A stretch of DNA of 64,000 nt from Minisyncoccota bacterium (GTDB taxonomy: Bacteria > Patescibacteriota > Minisyncoccia > Phycocordibacterales > UBA9973), in contig DASZSN010000019.1 of assembly GCA_035548655.1 (NCBI GenBank), forward strand, positions 15,245 through 79,244, read 5' to 3'. A program made the position numbers and the translations under genes. Of the stretch, positions 26,102 through 36,027 are shown piece by piece; the first letter of the stretch is position 1, and each line of letters begins with the position of its first letter. Below the pieces are notes generated by a model that did not search any database, was not told where the DNA came from, and saw nothing but the letters and a program-made list of their open reading frames with translations.

Positions 26102-28843
26102 TTATTGATATCGTTTCATGATTTCCGCCTCGACTTCTTCACGGGGGCGGCCATAGGTGAGGTACGAGAGCTCTTTTATCTTGTCCGCGATTTCGTTGTT
26201 GCCTTTTGGTGGGGGTGGAATGCGCAGGTTGAACGGCTTTGACGGAACACCGGCGACTAGGATCTTCGCATAGGCATTGAAATTTTCGAGTTTGGTGATG
26301 TCGCTTGCGGTAAAGGTAGGGGCGAGTTGCTTTTCGAACACGTCAGCGTTTTCGGGCGAGACACGATAGATAATCATGTTGCCGACGTTGCCAAACACCG
26401 CATCGCGAATGTTCTCTTGGAGCTGTTCGATGTATTGGTGCGCGACAGTAAGTGAGAGGCGATATTTGCGCGCCTCGGAGAGAATGGTGGCGATAGAATC
26501 AGTCGTGACGTTTTGAAATTCATCGATGTAGAGATAAAAGTCATTGACCTCACCCTTGCCGATGATGTCAACGCGAGAAAGCGCCGCCATCGTGAGCTTG
26601 CCGACAAGTACGAGCCCGATGAGCGCGGAGTTGATATCCCCGAGACGGCCTTTTGAAAGGTTGACGAGCAAAATTTTTCGATTGTCCATGATGTCGCGAA
26701 AGTTGAGCACGCTCTCCTGCTGTGCAATGACCGGACGCATGATCTCGTTTGAGATAAAGACGTCGAACTTGTTGGTGATATAGGGGACAAAGTTTGCAAG
26801 CGACTGTTCACCGGTGGTTTTCTCCGCGTTGCGCCAAAACTGGACGATCACCGGATTTTTGCATTTTGATAGTTTCATTTCGCGAAATGCTTTGTCGGAG
26901 AGGACGCGCCCGATCTCGAGGAGTGTGGAGCCGCTTTCGGGGTCTTCCATCACGAGTCCGGCGGAATTTCGAAAATATTGTTCAAACGCGGGACCGCCGG
27001 CGACTTTCATGTCAAAGAGTTTGTTGAAAATGGCGAGAAGTTCGTTGATGACAAATGTTTTTTGCTCGGGATAGTTCTGATTGTATTCGAGCATGTTCAG
27101 TCCCATCGGTCGCGCGGTGTAGGCGGGATCAAAATAAATGACATCATCGAGTCGCTCCGAGGGGATGTTGGCAAGAATGTCGTCGAGGTCGCTACCGTGC
27201 GGGTCGATAAAGCATACGCCGCGACCGGATTTGATGTCTTGGATCGCCATGTTTTTCATGATCGTCGTTTTGCCGGTACCGGTCTGTCCAATCACATAGC
27301 AGTGACGAACACGATCTTCTTTGCCCAGATAGACATCGGTCGTTTCTCCGCGATGCGTATTGGTGCCGAGAAAGATGCCTTCTTTTGCTTGTTCGATGAG
27401 CGTCTGACCAACCGAGCGCGGTGCGGGAGCGGTAGCGGCAGGAGACTCTTTGAGCTCCGGCGCAACAGTGAGTCCGATGGGGAAATGAAACATGGTGGCA
27501 AGCTCGGCGATGGTGAGCGGGAGTTGTTCGCTTTTGGTGATGGTACGAAAACTAAAGTCATGCGCGAGATCGTTGATACGAGAGGTTTTTACATCGTCCC
27601 ATGCAAGCGCGTTTGATCCGACGAGAGCAAACTGGTTGAAGGAGGATTTGATCGTCGAGAGGATACTCTGCGCGCGCGTGAGTGTCGCGGCGGTCGTGAT
27701 AATGCGAATCCCCGCGGAAAGTGTCGGGCTCTGATGTTTCTTTTTTGCAAGCTCGATACCACGGGTGTCCATTTTCTTCTTTTTTTCTTCTTCGGTTTCT
27801 TCTTTTTCCGATTTGAACAATGAGAGCAGTCCTTTGCCAAAACCTTTGAGAACCCCTTCTACCGCGTCTTCGTAGAGCTCTTTTATCGGACGACCGGTTT
27901 TTTCCGCCGCCTCGATGACCGAGAGGATGAGCTTGTTGCTGTTATCGATATCTCCGCTGATGGTGATTTGAATCGCCGCACCTTCGCCGGCGTGTTCGAG
28001 CTTTGAAAGAGAACCAATGAGTGCCACAAGGGGGTCGTGTTCAAATGTCTCGTCGGTTTGCAATGGAAAAATCGCCGGTTCGGAGAGCTTTGCAACACTC
28101 CCCGAAATGCCGCCGCCATCGGAGGAAAAAATGTTGTAATCATCTGTCGCTTCTTCGATGGTGGCGCCGGGGTAGTACGAGCGGACGAGCTTTTCAAACG
28201 TATCGACGTGCATTCTCGGCACTGATGCAAAAAGATTGATGTCACGACCTTGATTTTGGACCGCAAGTTCGAGTGTGTAGTACATACCCTCCTGCCATCC
28301 GGCCGTCGATGTCATTCCCATATAAAACTGCTTCATCGCTTGAATGAAGCGTTTGAATTCACTCGCTTCGTTTTGATCTTTTGAAAGCGGCGGAAGTGTC
28401 ACCGTAAAGAGTGAGTGATCAAGTTCGCGACCGAGCGGACTTTCTTGCTTGAGACCGGGAATCGCACCAATAGTGTGTAAATACTGGACGAGAAAGCGAT
28501 GAAAATCATCTTCGAGGTGCGGACTGCCGAGCTGGGAGGCGATGTCGAGTGCATTTTTGACGCCCTTTTCGAGCATGATGCCAAAGAGTTCTTCGATTTT
28601 TTTGTCGTGCGCTTCAGGTTTGAGACGAAGCACAATACGCTCGGCTTCGTGAGCGGGAAGTACTGCGGTGTCGTGGAGAAAATCCGCGGCTTCGGCTTTC
28701 GCATACTGATCGACTGCCTCACGAGCGGCTTGCGCCTGCGTCGTGTTTGGTCGTTCTTGAAGAATGTATCTCTTCTGCGCTTCTTTTGAGAGATGCGACA
28801 GTTCTTGCGATGGAGTAGAAAATTTTTCTCCTGGGGGGAGCAT
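26102..28843 (-). CDS. TrwB/TraD/VirD4-like (AAA_10/DUF87-type) P-loop NTPase, 913 aa, no predicted TM
   Basis: Walker A CYVIGQTGTGKTT, CFIDPHGSD and Walker B LYIDEFQNV, with SLTVAHQ downstream. A roughly 450-aa N-terminal extension is unrecognised. Confidence 0.55.
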   Translation of the reverse strand: MLPPGEKFSTPSQELSHLSKEAQKRYILQERPNTTQAQAAREAVDQYAKAEAADFLHDTAVLPAHEAERIVLRLKPEAHDKKIEELFGIMLEKGVKNALDIASQLGSPHLEDDFHRFLVQYLHTIGAIPGLKQESPLGRELDHSLFTVTLPPLSKDQNEASEFKRFIQAMKQFYMGMTSTAGWQEGMYYTLELAVQNQGRDINLFASVPRMHVDTFEKLVRSYYPGATIEEATDDYNIFSSDGGGISGSVAKLSEPAIFPLQTDETFEHDPLVALIGSLSKLEHAGEGAAIQITISGDIDNSNKLILSVIEAAEKTGRPIKELYEDAVEGVLKGFGKGLLSLFKSEKEETEEEKKKKMDTRGIELAKKKHQSPTLSAGIRIITTAATLTRAQSILSTIKSSFNQFALVGSNALAWDDVKTSRINDLAHDFSFRTITKSEQLPLTIAELATMFHFPIGLTVAPELKESPAATAPAPRSVGQTLIEQAKEGIFLGTNTHRGETTDVYLGKEDRVRHCYVIGQTGTGKTTIMKNMAIQDIKSGRGVCFIDPHGSDLDDILANIPSERLDDVIYFDPAYTARPMGLNMLEYNQNYPEQKTFVINELLAIFNKLFDMKVAGGPAFEQYFRNSAGLVMEDPESGSTLLEIGRVLSDKAFREMKLSKCKNPVIVQFWRNAEKTTGEQSLANFVPYITNKFDVFISNEIMRPVIAQQESVLNFRDIMDNRKILLVNLSKGRLGDINSALIGLVLVGKLTMAALSRVDIIGKGEVNDFYLYIDEFQNVTTDSIATILSEARKYRLSLTVAHQYIEQLQENIRDAVFGNVGNMIIYRVSPENADVFEKQLAPTFTASDITKLENFNAYAKILVAGVPSKPFNLRIPPPPKGNNEIADKIKELSYLTYGRPREEVEAEIMKRYQ

Positions 28844-28912
28844 TGGCTAATTATACTGTAGAAAATAAGATTGGGCTTGATTTAATGACTTTATTTAGGT
28901 AAAAGTAATGAT

Positions 28913-29434
28913 ATGTTAGGAAAACTTGTTGAACAGGAACTGCTTGGAAAAGTGAAGAAGGAGATTATGGAGTTTAATGGACTCCATGAAATCAAGACGT
29001 ACCAACCATACAAAACCGCCCTTCAATATGTAAAAAATCACCAGTACGGTGATCCAGAGAAACCGCATCGTTTTTTTCCGAAAAGTTTAATTGGAAAAAT
29101 AAAAGAAAATAAAGAACTTTTTTCAGGAAATGGGGAAGAAAAAATTGCATTTTATACCGCGATTGATTCAATCCTGGACCTCAAACATGGAGTTGACGCA
29201 TTTTTTGAATACAGAAAAAATGCAAAAGAGCCGGTGGTGCGGGTAACATTTGATGTCACGACAAATCCTAGTAAAGATCAGTACAAAGCCGAGGTTATTT
29301 TACTAATTCCATCTGAGGGACTTGATCCATCTGATACGGATTATGAAGATAGGATAGGGGACTACAGTCACCAAATAATTAGTGAGTTATTGACAAAGTT
29401 AGAAAAAAATGCAGAATATAGAAAAATTGACTAA
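28913..29434 (+). CDS. Hypothetical protein (173 aa)
   Basis: ORF only. Confidence 0.35.
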   Translation: MLGKLVEQELLGKVKKEIMEFNGLHEIKTYQPYKTALQYVKNHQYGDPEKPHRFFPKSLIGKIKENKELFSGNGEEKIAFYTAIDSILDLKHGVDAFFEYRKNAKEPVVRVTFDVTTNPSKDQYKAEVILLIPSEGLDPSDTDYEDRIGDYSHQIISELLTKLEKNAEYRKID

Positions 29435-29436
29435 TC

Positions 29437-29721
29437 ATGAAAACAGTAACAAAAAATGAACTTCTGGGGACAGTGGTGACCGATAGTAAGACTGATCACG
29501 TACCCGATCTCGAACTGCTTAAAGAAAAGGAAAGTGAGACCGCTGTAATAAGTGCATTTTGCACGGAGTGCGGCACATATCATGAACTCGCCTTTCCAGA
29601 GGCAGAAAAAATATTTACCGAACTTCAACAACCGTTGGATTTTGAGAATAAATATCTTTTGTTTGGGTCCTGCTCAAATTGCAAAGGACCGAATACATCC
29701 ATTGAGCTGAAAGCTTTTTGA
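29437..29721 (+). CDS. Small zinc-ribbon-like protein (94 aa)
   Basis: Two Cys pairs, CTECG...CSNCKGP. Confidence 0.35.
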   Translation: MKTVTKNELLGTVVTDSKTDHVPDLELLKEKESETAVISAFCTECGTYHELAFPEAEKIFTELQQPLDFENKYLLFGSCSNCKGPNTSIELKAF

Positions 29722-29727
29722 TTTATC

Positions 29728-29752
29728 CCGCCATTCGGCGGGGTTTTGTTAT
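29728..29752 (+). terminator. Rho-independent terminator (CCCGCC ATTC GGCGGG + GTTTTGTT)
   Basis: Seen after the stop at 29721. Confidence 0.6.
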
Positions 29753-29812
29753 TCATTGCGAATGAATCATAAAGTTGCTACCCTATCAGTATTACCATAG
29801 CGCCATATCATT

Positions 29813-30889
29813 ATGATTCTGGAAGACTATAAAAAGAAGATTGAAGACGCAGAGGACGCAACAAAGCCGGCACCACAGCCGACACTCAAAGAGGTTCTTG
29901 CAAATAAGGACAAAAGTGTCTTGTTTGGCGATCTGTTGAAACGAGAAGGGGACACCGACCTTGCCGAGCGAGTCGCAAAAGGAGAACTCAAAGAAGACGA
30001 CATCGCGGCACTTGAAGAGAAGCGCGGCATGTTTGGCAAAGCGATGCAAGAAGCCGAGGTGGTAAAGAGCCTCACCACTCCCGAAGCAGTCAAAGACTTT
30101 GCTCGAAACAACCCCGAATTTGAAAAAATCCTCAACCTCGTCGGACCGGAATCCGCTTCAAAAATCTTTCAAAAGAAAATCGAAGAGATTTCTATCAACG
30201 ATCCTGATCGATTTATGGACCTCTCGAACAGGATGAAAGCAATGCAAAGCTTCAAGAACGGTCAGTTTGCCGATCTCAACAATGAGGTCAGGGATCTCTG
30301 TCTAAAACGAGGTATTGGTGAGAAGCGTTATGCCGCCGCACTTGCAATCGAGGATCCGCGCGAACGAATGAAGGCGATTCACAAAGTGGTCACAGAAAAC
30401 TGGAGCGGTTGGAAAAAAGCGGCAGATTTCTTTACTCTTGGTAGTTGGTCAAGAAAACGCGCCCGCTTCATGGAAATGAAAAAAGACGATATCGATGCGA
30501 CACTTGTACAACTACGACTTCATCAAAACAACGTGGGGGCGATGCTCGCGGGTACGGTTGACGGGAACGAGGAGATGAGAAAGATGTTTGCCGCAGAACT
30601 CACCGCAGGCAAAATCAAAGGGGAACCGAAACTTAGCTTTAAGGACATGAAACAGGAGTTGGAATCACCGGAGAATTACACTGACTTGTGGACAAAACAC
30701 AAGAAAGACAAACTTAAAAATTGGGATACTCTTTCTGATGATAACAAACAAAAAGCTGTCGACAAGTTTATCGGAGAGGCGATTCAAAAATTACTCCAAA
30801 AGTATAAAGGAAAAGAGGGTTCATGGGCACAGTTAATGAAAATAATGATGATGGCCATGATAAAAGGCAATAGAAATAAGTATAATTAA
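29813..30889 (+). CDS. Hypothetical coiled-coil protein (358 aa)
   Basis: ORF only; Lys/Glu-rich. Confidence 0.4.
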   Translation: MILEDYKKKIEDAEDATKPAPQPTLKEVLANKDKSVLFGDLLKREGDTDLAERVAKGELKEDDIAALEEKRGMFGKAMQEAEVVKSLTTPEAVKDFARNNPEFEKILNLVGPESASKIFQKKIEEISINDPDRFMDLSNRMKAMQSFKNGQFADLNNEVRDLCLKRGIGEKRYAAALAIEDPRERMKAIHKVVTENWSGWKKAADFFTLGSWSRKRARFMEMKKDDIDATLVQLRLHQNNVGAMLAGTVDGNEEMRKMFAAELTAGKIKGEPKLSFKDMKQELESPENYTDLWTKHKKDKLKNWDTLSDDNKQKAVDKFIGEAIQKLLQKYKGKEGSWAQLMKIMMMAMIKGNRNKYN

Positions 30890-30894
30890 CCCAT

Positions 30895-31179
30895 ATGACA
30901 GCAACTGAACTATACAATCAATTTAAAGCGTTCGTCGATGCAGGGGATGAGAAAGGGGCGCGAGCGTTTCTCGCTGAACATATCAATGAATTTCCGGAGG
31001 ATATCCGCGACAACATCGCGTTTGCATTTTTTGAAGAGGCGGTACAAAACGATACTGAAGGAATCGTCGAAAACGCTCAGATACAACAAGAAGGCGCACA
31101 CTTACTCGAAGAGCTCGACAAAGTGGAAGCGATGCTCGAGGATGCCAAGAAGGCCACAGAAATAAAAGATACTATGTAA
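30895..31179 (+). CDS. Hypothetical acidic protein (94 aa)
   Basis: ORF with its own terminator. Confidence 0.35.
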   Translation: MTATELYNQFKAFVDAGDEKGARAFLAEHINEFPEDIRDNIAFAFFEEAVQNDTEGIVENAQIQQEGAHLLEELDKVEAMLEDAKKATEIKDTM

Positions 31180-31183
31180 TCAA

Positions 31184-31212
31184 AACCCCCGCGTGCGGGG
31201 GTTTTGCTATAC
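31184..31212 (+). terminator. Rho-independent terminator (AAACCCCCG CGTG CGGGGGTTT)
   Basis: Seen after the stop at 31179. Confidence 0.65.
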
Positions 31213-31220
31213 TTTTTCAT

Positions 31221-31571
31221 ATGGAAAACGAACCGGCAACAACAAAACAGGAAGTGGATGTGGAGACGACTGATTCGAGAGAACACATGACGGTATCACC
31301 TCAAGGAACGTTGGTGGTAGAAAAAGAGAACCGAACCGCTCTCATGGCGCAATATAGGGATATTAAAAAAGACATCGAAGCAATAAAAAAAGTGCAACTT
31401 ATGAAAAACCACTACGGGGTTCGAAAAGACAGTCTCCCTGTTGAACTTTCGAAGTATGCAGATATCCCCCTTGAAGAAAAGATGGACCAAGAGAGAATAA
31501 TCAAAAAGAAGTTGAAACATATTCCAAAAAGGAATCTCTTGAAACGACTGGCGCTCTTTTTGCATCTCTAA
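31221..31571 (+). CDS. Hypothetical protein (116 aa)
   Basis: ORF only. Confidence 0.3.
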   Translation: MENEPATTKQEVDVETTDSREHMTVSPQGTLVVEKENRTALMAQYRDIKKDIEAIKKVQLMKNHYGVRKDSLPVELSKYADIPLEEKMDQERIIKKKLKHIPKRNLLKRLALFLHL

Positions 31572-33089
31572 TTAGCGGGCGTAATCGGTGATACGAGTTT
31601 CTCGGATGATCGTCACTTTTATTTGTCCGGGGTAGCGGAGTTCTTGTTCGATGTTTATCGCGATGTTGCGCGCAAGAGTGCGTGCTTCAAAGTCGGAAAT
31701 CGCTTCCGGCTGAACAAAGATGCGGATCTCGCGACCGGCTTGGAGCGCGTACGCTTTTTCAACGCCGGAAAATCGTCCCGCGAGTCCTTCGAGTTCTTTG
31801 AGTCGTTTGAGATACGCTTCCGCGGTGTCGCGGCGCGCGCCGGGGCGCGCGCCGCTTATCATGTCCGCAGTTTGCACAATCACCGCTTCGAGGGATTCGT
31901 GCGGGCAGTCGTCGTGGTGGCTTTTCATCGCGGTGATGACGCGCTCGTCAGTGCCAAATCGTCGGAGAACTTTGACGCCGATGTCGATGTGCGTTCCTTC
32001 AAACTCGTGGTCAAGCGCTTTGCCGATGTCGTGAACGAGCGCTCCCGCTTTTGCAATGTAGCTGTCCGCGCCAACTTCATCTGCAATCATGCCGGCGAGA
32101 TGCGCCATCTCGATTGAATGTTGCAAGACGTTTTGTCCATAGCTCGTGCGGAAGTGAAGTCGTCCGAGGATGCTGATGAGCTTCGGATCAAAGGTAAAGA
32201 TGCCGCATTCGTAGACCGCCGCGGCGCCTTTTTCTTTGATGATTTCGTTAATCGCCTCGCGCGCTTTCTCTATTTCTTCTTCGATTTTTGCCGGTTGGAT
32301 GCGACCGTCTTTGATGAGCGCTTCGAGCGCATGCACCGCGATCGCACGACGCACCGGATCAAAACATGACACGACGATCGCACCGGGCGTCTCATCGATG
32401 AGCAGTTCGACACCGGCGAGCCGCTCAAAAGTGCGGATATTGCGCCCTTCTTTCCCGATGATTTTCCCTTTGACATCATCCTCGATGGAGACCGTCGCGG
32501 TGGTGAGCTCGTTTGCGGTGGGCACCGAGAGTCGTTGGATGACGGACGTGATGATGTCTTTTGCGCGATCATGAAGTGTCTCTTCAAGTTGGGTATCGAG
32601 CTTGTAGCGACGCACTTGGAGATCCTGTGCATATGCTTCTTCGGCCATTTTTATGAGCGCGGCGCGCGCGTCCTGGAGGTCATATCCGGATATTTCTTCG
32701 AGAAGCGCTTGCCGTTTGAGGAGGAGATCCTCGGCTTCTTTTTGATCACTGAGGAGCTTTTCCGTTTTTTCATCGAGGACACTCGCTCGCTCATCGAGTT
32801 CGCGACCGCGCTCGAGGGTGAGCTCTTCGCGTTTGAGGATGCGCTCCTCGAGTGATTTGAAATTTTCTTCTTTTTCCTTTTCTGCAGTGCGCATGTCCGC
32901 GATGAGCTGTTCGGATTTTTCGTTTGCTTCGTCGATAATCTTCTGCGCCTGCTGTTTCGCGTGCATCAACCGCTCGGCAACGGTCTGTTCGAGGTTGTTC
33001 TTGCGCAAGATGAAAAGCACCGCTCGGATGCTATAGCCCAAGAGCGCGCCGCCGACCAGCATGGCAAAGGCGACAAATGTCTGCGACAT
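31572..33089 (-). CDS. rny: Ribonuclease Y
   Basis: N-terminal TM, a coiled coil, KH domain (GKIIGKEGRNIRTFE) and HD domain (LVHDIGKA). Confidence 0.9.
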   Translation of the reverse strand: MSQTFVAFAMLVGGALLGYSIRAVLFILRKNNLEQTVAERLMHAKQQAQKIIDEANEKSEQLIADMRTAEKEKEENFKSLEERILKREELTLERGRELDERASVLDEKTEKLLSDQKEAEDLLLKRQALLEEISGYDLQDARAALIKMAEEAYAQDLQVRRYKLDTQLEETLHDRAKDIITSVIQRLSVPTANELTTATVSIEDDVKGKIIGKEGRNIRTFERLAGVELLIDETPGAIVVSCFDPVRRAIAVHALEALIKDGRIQPAKIEEEIEKAREAINEIIKEKGAAAVYECGIFTFDPKLISILGRLHFRTSYGQNVLQHSIEMAHLAGMIADEVGADSYIAKAGALVHDIGKALDHEFEGTHIDIGVKVLRRFGTDERVITAMKSHHDDCPHESLEAVIVQTADMISGARPGARRDTAEAYLKRLKELEGLAGRFSGVEKAYALQAGREIRIFVQPEAISDFEARTLARNIAINIEQELRYPGQIKVTIIRETRITDYAR

Positions 33090-33092
33090 TTT

Positions 33093-33689
33093 TTAACTCG
33101 TTGAAACTGGTTTGGTAATGATCGCGTCGATGATGCCGTACTTCTTTGCTTCGTCTGCACTCATAAAGAAATCTCGTTCGACGTCTGCCTCGATTTGTGA
33201 AAGTTTTTGTCCGGTATTTTTTGCAAGCAGTTCGTTGAGGCGCTGACGAATCTTGAGGATATGTTTTGCGGTGATTTCGATATCGGTTGCCTGCCCTTCA
33301 ACGCCGCCGCTTGGCTGGTGAATCATCACTTCTGAATTGGGAAGCGTGTATCGTTTTCCTTTCGTACCGCCGGAGAGCAGGAACGCCCCCATCGACGCGG
33401 CCACGCCGACACAAATCGTCTGCACGTCCGGTTTTACAAACTGCATCGTGTCATAGATCGCAAGCCCCGCGGTCACTGATCCGCCGGGGGAGTTGATGTA
33501 GAGCTGAATATCTTTTTTCGGATCTTCGTTGGCGAGGAAGAGCAACTGCGCGATGACGATATTTGCAACGTGATCGTCGATTACTCCGCCGAGAAAGATG
33601 ATGCGCTCTTTTAAGAGGCGCGAATAAATATCATAGGCGCGTTCGCCCATGTTCGTTTTTTCAATAACAGTGGGAATCAATATAGACAT
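33093..33689 (-). CDS. clpP: ATP-dependent Clp protease proteolytic subunit
   Basis: [11 protein letters not shown], the active-site region [11 protein letters not shown] and the MIHQPSGG motif. Confidence 0.9.
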   Translation of the reverse strand: MSILIPTVIEKTNMGERAYDIYSRLLKERIIFLGGVIDDHVANIVIAQLLFLANEDPKKDIQLYINSPGGSVTAGLAIYDTMQFVKPDVQTICVGVAASMGAFLLSGGTKGKRYTLPNSEVMIHQPSGGVEGQATDIEITAKHILKIRQRLNELLAKNTGQKLSQIEADVERDFFMSADEAKKYGIIDAIITKPVSTS

Positions 33690-33917
33690 AGATGGTTAAT
33701 CACCGATAATCAAACTCTCCCGCCCGCGTTGCAATGCATCGCGGATAAGTAGCAATCACGTGGAGAGGGATCAGGGTTCAAAAATTAAATCAAATAAAAA
33801 AGGGGAAGGCGGATGTGACAGTCATTCAGTACTAGACAACTATACGATGAAACTGTGGAAAAGTAAAAATACTTTGACTTAATTGGAAAATATTGTATAG
33901 TCAGAAAAAATACCGTT

Positions 33918-34217
33918 ATGTACTATTATATTTCAACCAAAAACGTTTATGAGCAGGCATCCATTCCTGAACGGATCAAAAGGGCGTTATTAAAGGATGG
34001 GATAAACAGGGTGCTCGTACACGCAAAAAAGTTGGGGAGTGGTGATGTAGTTTTTTCCGCAGAAGATATACTGCGGAGCATCTCATTGTTGTTTGTGCCG
34101 CTTTCACGAAAGAAGATTTTTTCTGAATTGTTGCAAATAAACAAAGACAAGGAGGTGCGCTTTTCGGAAGGAACAACCTGCACCCCCGCTTTCCCGTGCG
34201 AAGATCTTATTGATTAA
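33918..34217 (+). CDS. Hypothetical protein (99 aa)
   Basis: ORF only. Confidence 0.25.
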   Translation: MYYYISTKNVYEQASIPERIKRALLKDGINRVLVHAKKLGSGDVVFSAEDILRSISLLFVPLSRKKIFSELLQINKDKEVRFSEGTTCTPAFPCEDLID

Positions 34218-34224
34218 CTGAGTT

Positions 34225-34261
34225 GCTATTTCAGAAATGAAATAGCAATTTTCTTTTTTTA
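34225..34261 (+). terminator. Strong Rho-independent terminator (TTGCTATTTCA GAAA TGAAATAGCAA + T-run)
   Basis: 11-bp perfect stem followed by TTTTCTTTTTTT. Confidence 0.7.
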
Positions 34262-34290
34262 TTTTATTTTTTTCGTTATACTTTTTTTGC

Positions 34291-35805
34291 ATGTCATTTT
34301 CTCGAATACAAAGCGCGCAACAGACCGGTCTTCACGCGACCGGTGTTTTAGTTGAAACGGATATCTCACGCGGGTTGTATATGTTTCAAATCGTCGGACT
34401 TCCCGACAAAGCGGTCGAGGAATCTCGCGAACGCGTAGTGAGTGCACTGCGCAATTCGCTTGGAAAAAATCCAAAAAGTGAAAATCAAAAAGTCATCGTG
34501 TCGCTCTCGCCCGCGGAACTCAAAAAAGAGGGTGCGTACTTTGATCTCGCGATTGCGATCGGATACCTTGTCGCTACCGAAACGCTCAAAGATATCGATC
34601 TCTCTGGCAAAGCGTTTGTGGGGGAGCTTGCGTTAAACGGCGAGGTGCGTCCGGTGCGCGGACTTCTCTCAATCGCTGGGTGGGCGCGGGAAGCGGGCAT
34701 TCGGGAGCTCTATATCCCGAAGGGAAACGCGACCGAGGCATCGCTCATCGATGGGATCACATGTTATCTGGTGCCGACACTTACTGACCTCGTTTCACAT
34801 TTGAACGGAGCGGAAGAACACGACATCACGCGTGCGCAGTACCAATCCGCGCGACATGAACAACAAAGGACCGACAGCGATTTTGGTGATGTCCGCGGAC
34901 AAGAAAACGCCAAGCGTGCCCTTCTCATTGCCGCGGCGGGAGGACACAACATCGCGCTTGTTGGACCGCCCGGAACCGGAAAAACGATGCTTGCAAAAGC
35001 GTTTCACTCCGTACTTCCCGAACTCTCCAACGATCAGTTTCTCGAAGTGGCGACAATTTACTCTTCGATCGGCCTTGTCGATGATGTGTTGCATGGACGT
35101 GCACCGCTTCGCGCTCCGCACCACAGCGCATCCCACGTCGCCATCATCGGCGGCGGACAAACCATCCGCCCGGGTGATATCACGCTCGCGCATCATGGCG
35201 TACTTTATATGGATGAATTTCCGGAATTCGATCGGCGCGTCATCGAAGCACTTCGCGAACCACTCGAGGAGGGGAGTATCACGGTTGCACGCGCCAAAGG
35301 CTCTGCGCGCTTTCCCGCGCGATTCATCCTGCTTGCCGCGATGAATCCATGTCCGTGCGGTTACTACAACACGACTGTCCGCGCATGCACGTGCACGGCC
35401 GCCGATATCGCACGCTACAAGAAAAAGCTCTCCGGACCCATCATCGATCGCATCGATCTGTGGATTCCGGTCGCGCACGTCGAGTACGAAACGTTGCATG
35501 GAAAAAACAACGAAACAGAAAGTGGACGGATGAGAGAGATGATTTCAGCGACGCGCGCCGTCCAACAACATCGTTTCAAAAAGTTAAACAGCATGCTGTC
35601 ATCAAATGAAGTGCAGGAGCATAGTGGCATCACCGCTGATGCGAAGACGCATCTGCAAACGTATGCGGAAAAGTTGCGCCTCTCTCCACGATCATATCTG
35701 CGCACCATCAAAGTCGGCCGCACGATCGCCGATCTTGAAGGAAGTGAGACAATAGAAGTGCCGCACATTCTCGAAGCGCTTCAATATCGACCGAGAGTTG
35801 ACTAA
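34291..35805 (+). CDS. comM: YifB/ComM-family Mg-chelatase-like AAA+ ATPase
   Basis: N-terminal Lon-like domain; Walker A GPPGTGKTM; sensor motifs; C-terminal ChlI-like region (LSGPIIDRIDL). Confidence 0.85.
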   Translation: MSFSRIQSAQQTGLHATGVLVETDISRGLYMFQIVGLPDKAVEESRERVVSALRNSLGKNPKSENQKVIVSLSPAELKKEGAYFDLAIAIGYLVATETLKDIDLSGKAFVGELALNGEVRPVRGLLSIAGWAREAGIRELYIPKGNATEASLIDGITCYLVPTLTDLVSHLNGAEEHDITRAQYQSARHEQQRTDSDFGDVRGQENAKRALLIAAAGGHNIALVGPPGTGKTMLAKAFHSVLPELSNDQFLEVATIYSSIGLVDDVLHGRAPLRAPHHSASHVAIIGGGQTIRPGDITLAHHGVLYMDEFPEFDRRVIEALREPLEEGSITVARAKGSARFPARFILLAAMNPCPCGYYNTTVRACTCTAADIARYKKKLSGPIIDRIDLWIPVAHVEYETLHGKNNETESGRMREMISATRAVQQHRFKKLNSMLSSNEVQEHSGITADAKTHLQTYAEKLRLSPRSYLRTIKVGRTIADLEGSETIEVPHILEALQYRPRVD

Positions 35806-35991
35806 AAACTAAAATTTCAAAACTAACTATCAGGCAAGAAAAAGATGGCTTGAAAAAAGTTTCACAAGAGCGAGATTTAAAACTGGTGCTTCATGTGAAG
35901 ACATTGAGTGAGTACGAGAGGAGAAGGAATATGATCGTGGAACGACCAGGAATGTCTAAGGCCAGTGAATTGTGATAAAATGAGAGTACGG

Positions 35992-36027
35992 CTCGCCACA
36001 ATTGGGTGGCGGGTCTTCTTTTAATTA
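35992..36027. terminator. Hairpin plus T-rich tract between comM and the convergent DUF3800 gene
   Basis: GCTCGCCAC AATTGG GTGGCGGGTC followed by TTCTTTTAATT. Confidence 0.4.
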
